64,000 nt of DNA, from the IMG/VR virus record IMGVR_UViG_3300025133_000065, one strand, 5' to 3'. This document shows positions 17,137-24,674 of the stretch, one piece after another. How positions within the stretch are numbered: the stretch's first letter is position 1; every line of letters begins with the position of its first letter. Made by a program: the position numbers and the translations under genes. The DNA is from an uncultured virus (IMG/VR IMGVR_UViG_3300025133_000065). Taxonomy: Duplodnaviria > Heunggongvirae > Uroviricota > Caudoviricetes. The notes below the pieces were generated by a model. That model searched no databases. It saw nothing but the letters and a program-made list of their open reading frames with translations, and was not told the DNA's origin.

Positions 17137-19110
17137 TTATAAATCCTCTGACAGTATTTTGTCCATTTCCTCATTTAATGAAGACATCTTATTTTCAAAA
17201 TCTTCACTATAATTAGATTTGTTTTCTTTAACAAGCGTGCCTATTGACATTGCTTTAAAAACATTGCGTGGTTTTCTTGGTTTATTTGTCCAAGATTCCT
17301 TGCGACCAGCTTCTCTTCGCTTATCGTGTTTCACTGAAAAATATCTTTTACCTTTAGACCCCTTTGTTGTGTGAGACCCATCTTCAAATTCAGCGTAAGT
17401 GGCTGCTGGCTTATCACCGCCTCTTTTGCCGCCGCCTTCAGGGGTTGCCAAAAGAACATCTTCATCGCCGCTGTCGTCGTCACCAGCGCTTGGTGTAAAA
17501 ACGGGCGCAGATGGTGTTTCCACTGTATCCGTATCTGTGGCATCTTTAATTCCGGCTTGCCCACCGAACCCTGTGTTTCCGCCAAGACCAATATCTCCGA
17601 TTCCACCGAACCCTGCTCCAGTTAATGCTTCTGCTGCCAGTCCTTCGCCTTGAACGCCTGCAATTTTTGCAATTGCTGCTTCAATTTGTTTATCATAAAA
17701 CTTTTCTCTCGTATTTCTAATAAGCTCTTCTTCTGACAATCCCAAAATGTTTTTGGCAATCCAACGATTACTATAGATGTCTCCCCTTGCGCTGCCAGCA
17801 ATGTCTATTTTAATTTTTAATGCTTCCAATTCTTGCATCGAGGCAATCCTTGATGGGTTGTGTAATTTTAGATTAAAATTAATTAAATCGTTCCCTCGAT
17901 ATCCAAGAGTATATAAGTGAATTGTTGCCATTTTATCTAATTCGGAAATAACTGATCTTTGAATCCTTTGAACTGTTCTACCAAATCGTATGTCTTTTTG
18001 TGCCAGAGCGGCTTGGCCGGCATCAGCAGAACTGTCAGAACCTCTAATCAAGTAAGACATAGGAATTTTAATTGCAGCAAATAACTTATCTTGTAAATAT
18101 TTGATGTCGTCAATAGCAGTTCCCCATGTATCACCTTGTACAGTACCAATGTCTACTGATGCTTGGCCATTTCTTGTTGGAATATAGTAATCCTCTTCAA
18201 TTGATAAGGGGTTATATCTTAGATCAACTCTTCCATTTTTATCATCAACTACTTGATGGCGCTTCATCATAGTAATGATTTTTTGCATATATTGTTCAAC
18301 TTCTTCTGGTGGAATACCACCAACATCAATCTTAAACTGCTTTCTCTGTGGAGAACGGACAACTCTGTATGCTATCATAGCGTCCTCAAGAAGCGTTAAT
18401 TGCCTCCAAATTCTACGGCCTGGGTCTAATACAGATGTGCCATAAGGTGCATATTTATCATTTCCCAAAATTCTAAAATGTGCCAACTGCCAGTTTTCAA
18501 AGGTTAAACCTCCAGTATTCCACTGGTATTGAATATAATTAGGATTGGACTGGTCAGTCCCTTCCATTCTTTCAATTTCACTAACTGGCAATCCGATAAA
18601 AGACTTAATACCAATATCTTCATCAATGTCTAAATATCCAAAAAAATCTCCATATTTGCACATAGAACGAACCCACCCAAAAAGGTTAGAGTCAACATTT
18701 AAAACTTTATAAAATAAGGTTTCAAGAATTTCTTTTATTTCTTCATTTTGACAATCAATAATTAAAGACTTATAAAACTCAGAATGTGTTGTAATTTCAT
18801 CTGCATAAATATCCAAAGCAGACGCTAACTCAGGCATAAATTCCATTTGATCGTGGTCAGAGTATCTTTCAGCACGATTATAGCTGTTCATCATTGCTGT
18901 TGAAATTGATTCATAAGGGTTGTATGACTTGCGCTTAAATGATTGACCGCCTACCGATCTAAATTTAGAACCGTATTTATCAACTGAGTATTTACGATTA
19001 TTTCTTACTTGTTGGGCTTTATAGTTAACAATTGGCCCTGAAAATAATTTTGTTAATCTTTGAAATAAAGGGCTGTTTTGATTTCTTGGGTTTTTTTTAT
19101 TTTCTGCCAT
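17137..19110 (-). CDS. gp20: Portal protein (T4 gp20-like)
   Basis: E.ASALDIYADE, PYGTSVL, L.LLEDAM.AYR..RSP.R..F.IDVG, EDYYIP.R, DIKYLQ.KLF.A.KIP.SY; directly after terminase. Confidence 0.93.
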   Translation of the reverse strand: MAENKKNPRNQNSPLFQRLTKLFSGPIVNYKAQQVRNNRKYSVDKYGSKFRSVGGQSFKRKSYNPYESISTAMMNSYNRAERYSDHDQMEFMPELASALDIYADEITTHSEFYKSLIIDCQNEEIKEILETLFYKVLNVDSNLFGWVRSMCKYGDFFGYLDIDEDIGIKSFIGLPVSEIERMEGTDQSNPNYIQYQWNTGGLTFENWQLAHFRILGNDKYAPYGTSVLDPGRRIWRQLTLLEDAMIAYRVVRSPQRKQFKIDVGGIPPEEVEQYMQKIITMMKRHQVVDDKNGRVDLRYNPLSIEEDYYIPTRNGQASVDIGTVQGDTWGTAIDDIKYLQDKLFAAIKIPMSYLIRGSDSSADAGQAALAQKDIRFGRTVQRIQRSVISELDKMATIHLYTLGYRGNDLINFNLKLHNPSRIASMQELEALKIKIDIAGSARGDIYSNRWIAKNILGLSEEELIRNTREKFYDKQIEAAIAKIAGVQGEGLAAEALTGAGFGGIGDIGLGGNTGFGGQAGIKDATDTDTVETPSAPVFTPSAGDDDSGDEDVLLATPEGGGKRGGDKPAATYAEFEDGSHTTKGSKGKRYFSVKHDKRREAGRKESWTNKPRKPRNVFKAMSIGTLVKENKSNYSEDFENKMSSLNEEMDKILSEDL

Positions 19111-19120
19111 TGGTTAATTC

Positions 19121-20710
19121 CTATTTTATAAAAAACGGTAGCTTGTGTAACTTAACTGTTTTCTGCCTTGTGTTCCTGCCATAGATATAATTATCTTGTT
19201 GAGTCCTTTCCATCCCAACAATTCTTGTATCTAAAACTTTGTTACTTGTCATTATAGCAGAAAGCATTGATTTTTTATATTTTATTTCTTGCTGATTAAT
19301 GGTTAGTGCAGTGTCTCTAACCCAACACCCAATTGCACAAGCCATAACTAAATCATCATTATAAGAACGCATAGCCTCTGCCTTCCCATTGTTCCAAATA
19401 AAGGTTTTTAATTCATTAAACAATCTTCTTGATCTGATATTTAAAACCTTGTTACGAATAAATTCTTCTAATTTGGCAATAATCATTGGTCTTGTTTTCA
19501 CAGTTGTTGAAAAACCTGCGACTATAGAAGTTTGTTCGGTGTAAGAAGTTTCCACATATTCATGTGTTGACTTTCTTGAATGGTAAATGTTTGGATGGTC
19601 ATAGTCTTTTAATTTTGTTAAGACAGTCATCCCAACCGAATTGTTTTCCACTACAGTCATACACATGCCATAGCTTTTAGAGGTATCATATATTATGCGA
19701 GCAAAACTATCAAGTGGCAATTTTCCCTGGTATTCACAACACATTTCCATCGTGTCAGATTCAAAAACATAAAAAGTTGAATTATCTTTACCATCGCCCC
19801 TTGCAACATCGGCAACCATAAAATATTTTTTATCTTTTTCTGCATTTTTCCAAATCCATAAATTGCGATCAAATCCAGTTTTATATTCTGGTTCTAACAA
19901 CTCTTCGTTTTCTACGCGAGCCAGATCTTTGCCATTAATAAGAGTATCGCCAGACATATTAAAGCTACACTCTAATTCCTGCGCGATCTCTCTCGTAGAC
20001 ATGTTTTTAGTTTCTTTTTCAAACCAATTGTGATCTCTATCTGGATGGATATGCCATGATAATTTGATTGGATTAAAATCATTTAATCCCTGTTCTGCCT
20101 CTGAATATAGTTTGTGATATAAATTACCTACACCTTTTGGAGTTGAGATAATAATACAATCCCCGCCAGTTGAGAGCGTAGGATACAAACCTGCCCATAA
20201 ATCCTCAAGGCCCTCAATAATTGCGGCCTCGTCAATGACAAGCAAAGAAAGAGCTTCTGAACGACCAGCGTCGCCCGACGTTGAAATTGCTTTAACCTGA
20301 GACCCGTTGGAAAGTTCAAAAGAATTTTTATTATCGGTGACCAACTTAGATATTTTCATCCAGTCTGGAATGGATTTAAGGGCAAACTTAACTTTTCGGA
20401 CTAAGTTTGCTGCGGTTGACAGTTTTGTTGCCATTACAACAACGTTTTTATTCTTATGAAATAAAACAAACCATGCAATATAAACAGCAGAAACAGTTGA
20501 AAGCCCCAACTGCCTTGCTTTTAAAATAATATTAAAACGATTGTCTTGAAAGTCTTTTACAACATCTTTCTGAAACGGATACATGGTAAAGGGAATTGTT
20601 CCCTTCATTGGGTGTGCGATTTTTCCGTAATTATTAATAAAATATGCGGGGTCTTTACCGCAAGAAATAATCTCTTTTTTAATTTGTGCCTTGGTTAAAC
20701 CGCGAGCCAT
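19121..20710 (-). CDS. gp17: Terminase large subunit (T4 gp17-like)
   Basis: KARQLGLST, LLVIDEAA, ISTPKG, QELECSF, ADVARGDG.D.S, VENNSVG, NDDLVMA. Confidence 0.95.
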   Translation of the reverse strand: MARGLTKAQIKKEIISCGKDPAYFINNYGKIAHPMKGTIPFTMYPFQKDVVKDFQDNRFNIILKARQLGLSTVSAVYIAWFVLFHKNKNVVVMATKLSTAANLVRKVKFALKSIPDWMKISKLVTDNKNSFELSNGSQVKAISTSGDAGRSEALSLLVIDEAAIIEGLEDLWAGLYPTLSTGGDCIIISTPKGVGNLYHKLYSEAEQGLNDFNPIKLSWHIHPDRDHNWFEKETKNMSTREIAQELECSFNMSGDTLINGKDLARVENEELLEPEYKTGFDRNLWIWKNAEKDKKYFMVADVARGDGKDNSTFYVFESDTMEMCCEYQGKLPLDSFARIIYDTSKSYGMCMTVVENNSVGMTVLTKLKDYDHPNIYHSRKSTHEYVETSYTEQTSIVAGFSTTVKTRPMIIAKLEEFIRNKVLNIRSRRLFNELKTFIWNNGKAEAMRSYNDDLVMACAIGCWVRDTALTINQQEIKYKKSMLSAIMTSNKVLDTRIVGMERTQQDNYIYGRNTRQKTVKLHKLPFFIK

Positions 20711-21222
20711 TACTTACCATATTTATGTGTCTGTAAAAAGTTCTTAACGACATCCAGTGGCTCTCTTTCTGGTTCAGCAATTAATTTACCTAAACCCCTA
20801 ATCGTATAACATTTTGTTGCCTGGACCCAACTTCTTTTACGATTCATATATTGTAAAAGGACTTCTGCATCCCCATCTGATTTTAGAGATAGTGCTTTAC
20901 CAATTGCTTTTTTGTATTCTTTTTTAAGAAACTTAACAATGTTGGCAAATCTTTGTTCGATTTCACCCTCAAAAGCACTTGGACCTTTTTTGTGAATTTC
21001 TGGAATAGGAGTCTCTGAATGATAACTGATTATTAATTTGTCGCCAACAACTTTAACTCCGAAGCCGTCCATATCACCGTTTCTTGACTGTAACATAGGG
21101 TTTTTGTCGTCGCGCTTCAAACCAATCTTAATTGGTTCTCCTTTTTCGTCCGTAGCTCCATCATAAGCACGACCCATTGCTTGACTAATTCCTCTGAGGA
21201 TTTCTAATACTTCTTTAGACAT
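20710..21222 (-). CDS. Hypothetical protein
   Basis: 170-aa ORF; stop overlaps the terminase start. Confidence 0.6.
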   Translation of the reverse strand: MSKEVLEILRGISQAMGRAYDGATDEKGEPIKIGLKRDDKNPMLQSRNGDMDGFGVKVVGDKLIISYHSETPIPEIHKKGPSAFEGEIEQRFANIVKFLKKEYKKAIGKALSLKSDGDAEVLLQYMNRKRSWVQATKCYTIRGLGKLIAEPEREPLDVVKNFLQTHKYGK

Positions 21223-21583
21223 TATCTGGTCTCCAACCCTTTAACCATCTTTCTTCTCTACCCTCTACATATTGAACATAGCAGTTTCGACAGCATTCGT
21301 ATTTTGTTTCGTACAGCAGATCTTGCTGTTTTAGAATATTTGAGCATATACTACAATTATTCTTATTGTCCTTCTTAATTAGTTTTGCAGAAAATAAAAA
21401 GCCGTCGTGTTCTTCAACTCGGTCTTTAGTCGTTTTTTTGATTTTATTTTCTTTTAATTGTTGTAAATATTCTTTTTCTTTTGCCTGGGTCCAATTGGCA
21501 GAAGGATTTTGGACTGCTTCTTTACCGTACTTTTTAGAAATAGCCTTTTCAAGCCCTGCTATATAATTTAAATCTTTTTTCAT
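21215..21583 (-). CDS. Hypothetical Zn-finger protein
   Basis: CSIC...CCRNC; C-terminal EGREERW..GWRP. Confidence 0.6.
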   Translation of the reverse strand: MKKDLNYIAGLEKAISKKYGKEAVQNPSANWTQAKEKEYLQQLKENKIKKTTKDRVEEHDGFLFSAKLIKKDNKNNCSICSNILKQQDLLYETKYECCRNCYVQYVEGREERWLKGWRPDNV

Positions 21584-22029
21584 CTACTCGCCTGGGCTGC
21601 GGTATAAAAAATGCCAATGGATAAACTTACACCGGCTACGAAACCGCCAACAAACCATAACTTACTATAGTCTGGTTTTTGTAGTTTTTTAAGAGTAGTT
21701 TCTAATCTTTTGACTTCAGCATTTTTAAGTGCCATTAAATTATTATATCTTTTCTTATCTGCTTCTTTTTCTATCGTTAAAAGTCTTTTATTAAAATTAC
21801 ACTCTGTTTTTAATTTTTTGACTGTGTAATTTTTATCTATTTCACAAATCTTAACTGCGGACTCTCTTTTTGCGGTTATTGTAGCTTCTGCTGTTTTATC
21901 AAGCAGGATGCCATTGTAGGGTGCTTTTTGCCCTTTCTTTATCGCTGCGATTTTACCACTGGCAAAACAAAAAGCAGGTAAGAGAGTTATTAGTAAGATG
22001 ATTGTTGTAGTTTTTATCTTTTTAAACAT
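21580..22029 (-). CDS. Exported protein with coiled coil and C-terminal TM helix (possible lysis/spanin-like)
   Basis: Signal peptide MFKKIKTTTIILLITLLPAFCFA, basic coiled coil, TM LWFVGGFVAGVSLSIGIFY. Confidence 0.5.
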   Translation of the reverse strand: MFKKIKTTTIILLITLLPAFCFASGKIAAIKKGQKAPYNGILLDKTAEATITAKRESAVKICEIDKNYTVKKLKTECNFNKRLLTIEKEADKKRYNNLMALKNAEVKRLETTLKKLQKPDYSKLWFVGGFVAGVSLSIGIFYTAAQASR

Positions 22030-22330
22030 ATTTCATAAGTTCTTTAAGAACTATTATAGGGATTACTACAACTTCAGCGAGACCGTGAACATATCCATCC
22101 CCTTCACCTTCCCCTCTCACGCTTAAGCCCTCTGGTCCAATCTCAACTTCAGTGCCTTTAGGGCCTGTAACAAATGGAATTTCGTCGGATTTATTTTTTT
22201 TTAAAGTCCATTCTTTATAAGTCCATGTGGCAATGCCATATTCGTCGGTAATCCAAGTAGCTTGCTTTTTAGACTCTTTGTCGTATTCTTCTTTAATAAT
22301 TTGCTTTAAAAGTGTTTTAGTAATTTTCAT
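22022..22330 (-). CDS. Leader-cassette ORF 4 (MKITKTLLKQIIKEE plus unique payload)
   Basis: Shares the 15-aa leader with three neighbours and 25 aa with 22349..22609. Confidence 0.7.
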   Translation of the reverse strand: MKITKTLLKQIIKEEYDKESKKQATWITDEYGIATWTYKEWTLKKNKSDEIPFVTGPKGTEVEIGPEGLSVRGEGEGDGYVHGLAEVVVIPIIVLKELMKYV

Positions 22331-22348
22331 TGTTGTGCCCCTTTAATT

Positions 22349-22609
22349 TTAATGGCGGCGGCGTTCACGCAGAGGCGTTTCAAATGCAGTATCTTTTTTA
22401 GCCTTTTCGATTGCACTGTCTACATCTTCTGAACTAGCGTTTTCGGCATGTTCTGTAGCTTGGACTGCATCGTGTATTGCTTGATTTTTTGTACCGCCCG
22501 CAACAAGAATTTTGACAAATTCATAAAAGTCTTTAGTAGCTTGTTTTTTAGACTCTTTGTCGTATTCTTCTTTAATAATTTGTTTTAAAAGTGTTTTAGT
22601 AATTTTCAT
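22349..22609 (-). CDS. Leader-cassette ORF 3
   Basis: MKITKTLLKQIIKEEYDKESKKQAT then a unique helical payload. Confidence 0.7.
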   Translation of the reverse strand: MKITKTLLKQIIKEEYDKESKKQATKDFYEFVKILVAGGTKNQAIHDAVQATEHAENASSEDVDSAIEKAKKDTAFETPLRERRRH

Positions 22610-22896
22610 TGTTGTGATCTCATTCCTATTGGGTCTTCTGAACTTGGAGAGGTTTCTTTTGCTTGTTTAACTAAATCTGCAAACCTTTTTATTTCCTGTT
22701 CATCAAATAAATTTTTAATTTTCTCTTCAATGTCTTCTAATTTTAACTCTCCGACATCGGGTTTAATTCCATATATTTCTTTATAAAAGTCTCTAAAAAA
22801 AGTTGCAGCTTTTTCTAAATCATTTTCATAATTTTCTTGAGCATTTTCTAACTCTTCTTTAATAATTTGTTTTAAAAGTGTTTTGGTGATTTTCAT
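22606..22896 (-). CDS. Leader-cassette ORF 2
   Basis: Same leader; acidic payload (...FFRDFYKEIYGIKP...). Confidence 0.7.
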   Translation of the reverse strand: MKITKTLLKQIIKEELENAQENYENDLEKAATFFRDFYKEIYGIKPDVGELKLEDIEEKIKNLFDEQEIKRFADLVKQAKETSPSSEDPIGMRSQQ

Positions 22897-22930
22897 TGTT
22901 GTGTCCCTTTAATTTTGTTATTTTGTCTAG

Positions 22931-23446
22931 TCACATATAGTTAATTGTGTTTGCAGGGGTATCAGCAATACGCCGTGTCATCCCGCTAATTTTCTTTGTC
23001 AGATAAGCTACACGGTTTCGTCTTGCGCGTTTTGTTCTGACAGACTGCACATATTCGCTATCTTCTAAGGGTGGTGTTTTATCAAGGTCTGCAATAGCGT
23101 CATAAACAATTTCTGGTCCAGGGTCTTCATGATGTCCAGGTCCTGGGAGGATATAACCCGCACTATGTACATTTGTAATTTCAAAGACTACTGGTACCCA
23201 AATTACAGGCGAATTCCAATTTCCAGCCCCGAGTCGGATTGGTTGGTTCTTGATTAAAATATACTGGCCAACGCGGGCCTCAGCCTTAGCTTCAATCCCA
23301 CCTTGTGCAGCCGCTGCTTTGGTGCGTTCTTCAGGAGAGTATGGGTCCTGTAATTCGTCATCCCAGCGTCCGTATCCCTCTGATAGTTGTTCAGCCTGTA
23401 ACTCTTCTTTAATAATTTGTTTTAAAAGTGTTTTAGTAATTTTCAT
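22931..23446 (-). CDS. Leader-cassette ORF 1
   Basis: Same leader; unique payload with a basic C-terminus. Confidence 0.7.
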   Translation of the reverse strand: MKITKTLLKQIIKEELQAEQLSEGYGRWDDELQDPYSPEERTKAAAAQGGIEAKAEARVGQYILIKNQPIRLGAGNWNSPVIWVPVVFEITNVHSAGYILPGPGHHEDPGPEIVYDAIADLDKTPPLEDSEYVQSVRTKRARRNRVAYLTKKISGMTRRIADTPANTINYM

Positions 23447-23856
23447 TGTTGCGTCCCTTTAATTTTAATGACTTCTAAGTCAAATTCGGTAGCGAGAGCC
23501 TTAACCCTATTTTCTTCCGGTATATTAACTATTTCCTTAATTCTTTTTTGTTCTTCTTTATTGACTTGTTCAGTCTTGTGTCTGTGGCCTTTTTCTAAAA
23601 TATCAATAATAAGTTTATGTTTTAAACGCACACTCTCTCTTTCTTCTTTTTCCTGCTTGTGAATTTCGTTTATAATTTTTAGTTCTTTTTCGTTTTGTTT
23701 TGCTTTCTCTTCGTAAAGACCACCTAAAACATCTTTATCAAATAGAAAAAACTTGTGGAGCACAAAACCTAATGCGATTAGTGCTCCAACCCACCAATAA
23801 TTTTTGATGTAGAACCAAGTTTTCTGTAAGATTTGTTTAGTTATTAGCCAGTTCAT
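23443..23856 (-). CDS. Membrane-anchored coiled-coil protein (possible i-spanin-like)
   Basis: N-terminal TM (YWWVGALIALGFVLHKFFLF) followed by a charged coiled coil. Confidence 0.5.
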   Translation of the reverse strand: MNWLITKQILQKTWFYIKNYWWVGALIALGFVLHKFFLFDKDVLGGLYEEKAKQNEKELKIINEIHKQEKEERESVRLKHKLIIDILEKGHRHKTEQVNKEEQKRIKEIVNIPEENRVKALATEFDLEVIKIKGTQQ

Positions 23857-23924
23857 TACACTTCACTATCGGAAAAACTAGACTTTTCATGTCTCTCATT
23901 GCTTACTTACTCCCAACTTCCATC

Positions 23925-24383
23925 TTAGCGATATAGGTGTTCTCTTTCTCCATAATTATCAGCTTCTTTGGCAGCAGCTTCCCAATTTTTAAATGGTCCC
24001 GCAATTGCTTTCCTGTTTCCATGAAAAGGGGAATGAATAACATACCAGCCGAGTTCAGCTTCTGGAAATTTATTTGGGGGTTCTCTTATTTCTTCGACGT
24101 GCCATGAATCTGCGGTGGCACCATGTTCTGCATGACCCCACTCATCATCGGGGTCGCCTTCAAATTCGCCCGTTCGCTCACTCCATTGATACATTTGAGG
24201 GTGTTCAATATCCCCTCCCTTCATTGAGTCGTCTGGCCAGTATTCTTCATGCTGTGGAACATGAGTCGCAGCGGCAATATATCTTTGTTGTTGCTTAGAA
24301 AGAACTTTCTGACCCGAGAATTCTTCTTCTTTCTCTGATAAAAAATTATTAAAATTTTCCATTATTAGCTTCATGTTTTTCAT
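23925..24383 (-). CDS. Hypothetical acidic protein with capsid-targeting-like N-terminus
   Basis: MKNMKLIMENFNNFLSE followed by an Asp/Glu/His/Trp-rich domain. Confidence 0.6.
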   Translation of the reverse strand: MKNMKLIMENFNNFLSEKEEEFSGQKVLSKQQQRYIAAATHVPQHEEYWPDDSMKGGDIEHPQMYQWSERTGEFEGDPDDEWGHAEHGATADSWHVEEIREPPNKFPEAELGWYVIHSPFHGNRKAIAGPFKNWEAAAKEADNYGEREHLYR

Positions 24384-24386
24384 TAT

Positions 24387-24581
24387 TTATTTTCCCTTAA
24401 AACGGGCTACGACATCAACGAAGCCCTGGATACCGACATATGCTGAAGCAATGATTACCCACTGCTCGGAATCTACTTTATCGGCAAGAAGTAGCCCTGT
24501 TGTTGTTAGCCATACCAAAAGTTTCTTTGATACAAACCTTTCTAAATGTTTATCTGCGAATGCTTTTACTGCTGCCACCAT
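24387..24581 (-). CDS. Small two-TM membrane protein (holin-like)
   Basis: 64 aa; SKKLLVW.., two hydrophobic helices, basic C-terminus; GAGGA RBS. Confidence 0.5.
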   Translation of the reverse strand: MVAAVKAFADKHLERFVSKKLLVWLTTTGLLLADKVDSEQWVIIASAYVGIQGFVDVVARFKGK

Positions 24582-24602
24582 TATATCCTCTCTGGTTAAT
24601 TA

Positions 24603-24665
24603 TTAACCGCAGCAGCAATCGCAGCCGCAGTTCTTTTCACATTTACAATTATTACATCCACACAT
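24603..24665 (-). CDS. Metallothionein-like Cys-rich micropeptide (20 aa)
   Basis: Not in the ORF track. MCGCNNCKCEKNCGCDCCCG*; TAAGGA RBS 6 nt upstream overlaps the Mre11-Rad50 stop. Confidence 0.65.
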   Translation of the reverse strand: MCGCNNCKCEKNCGCDCCCG

Positions 24666-24674
24666 TTTTATTCC

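Larger units (their letters stand above)
22256..23470 (-). repeat. Four dispersed direct repeats (about 52-69 bp) covering RBS plus leader codons
   Basis: Minus-strand consensus AAAATTAAAGGGRCRCAACAATGAAAATYACYAAAACACTTTTAAARCAAATTATTAAAGAAGAR at about 22286-22350, 22565-22616 (5'-shortened), 22852-22916 and 23402-23466. The first two copies share a further 30 nt. Confidence 0.95.

Noticed and set aside
22256..23470. Repeats as a CRISPR array or integron attC array
   Set aside because: The repeats are protein-coding and non-palindromic, spaced about 280-550 bp apart, and no cas or integrase gene is in the window.
23837..23899. Tiny ORF MRDMKSLVFPIVKCNELANN* with upstream GGGAG
   Set aside because: It could be a decayed leader-type gene (MRDMK resembles MKNMK), but it is only 20 aa, overlaps the next start and has no other support.
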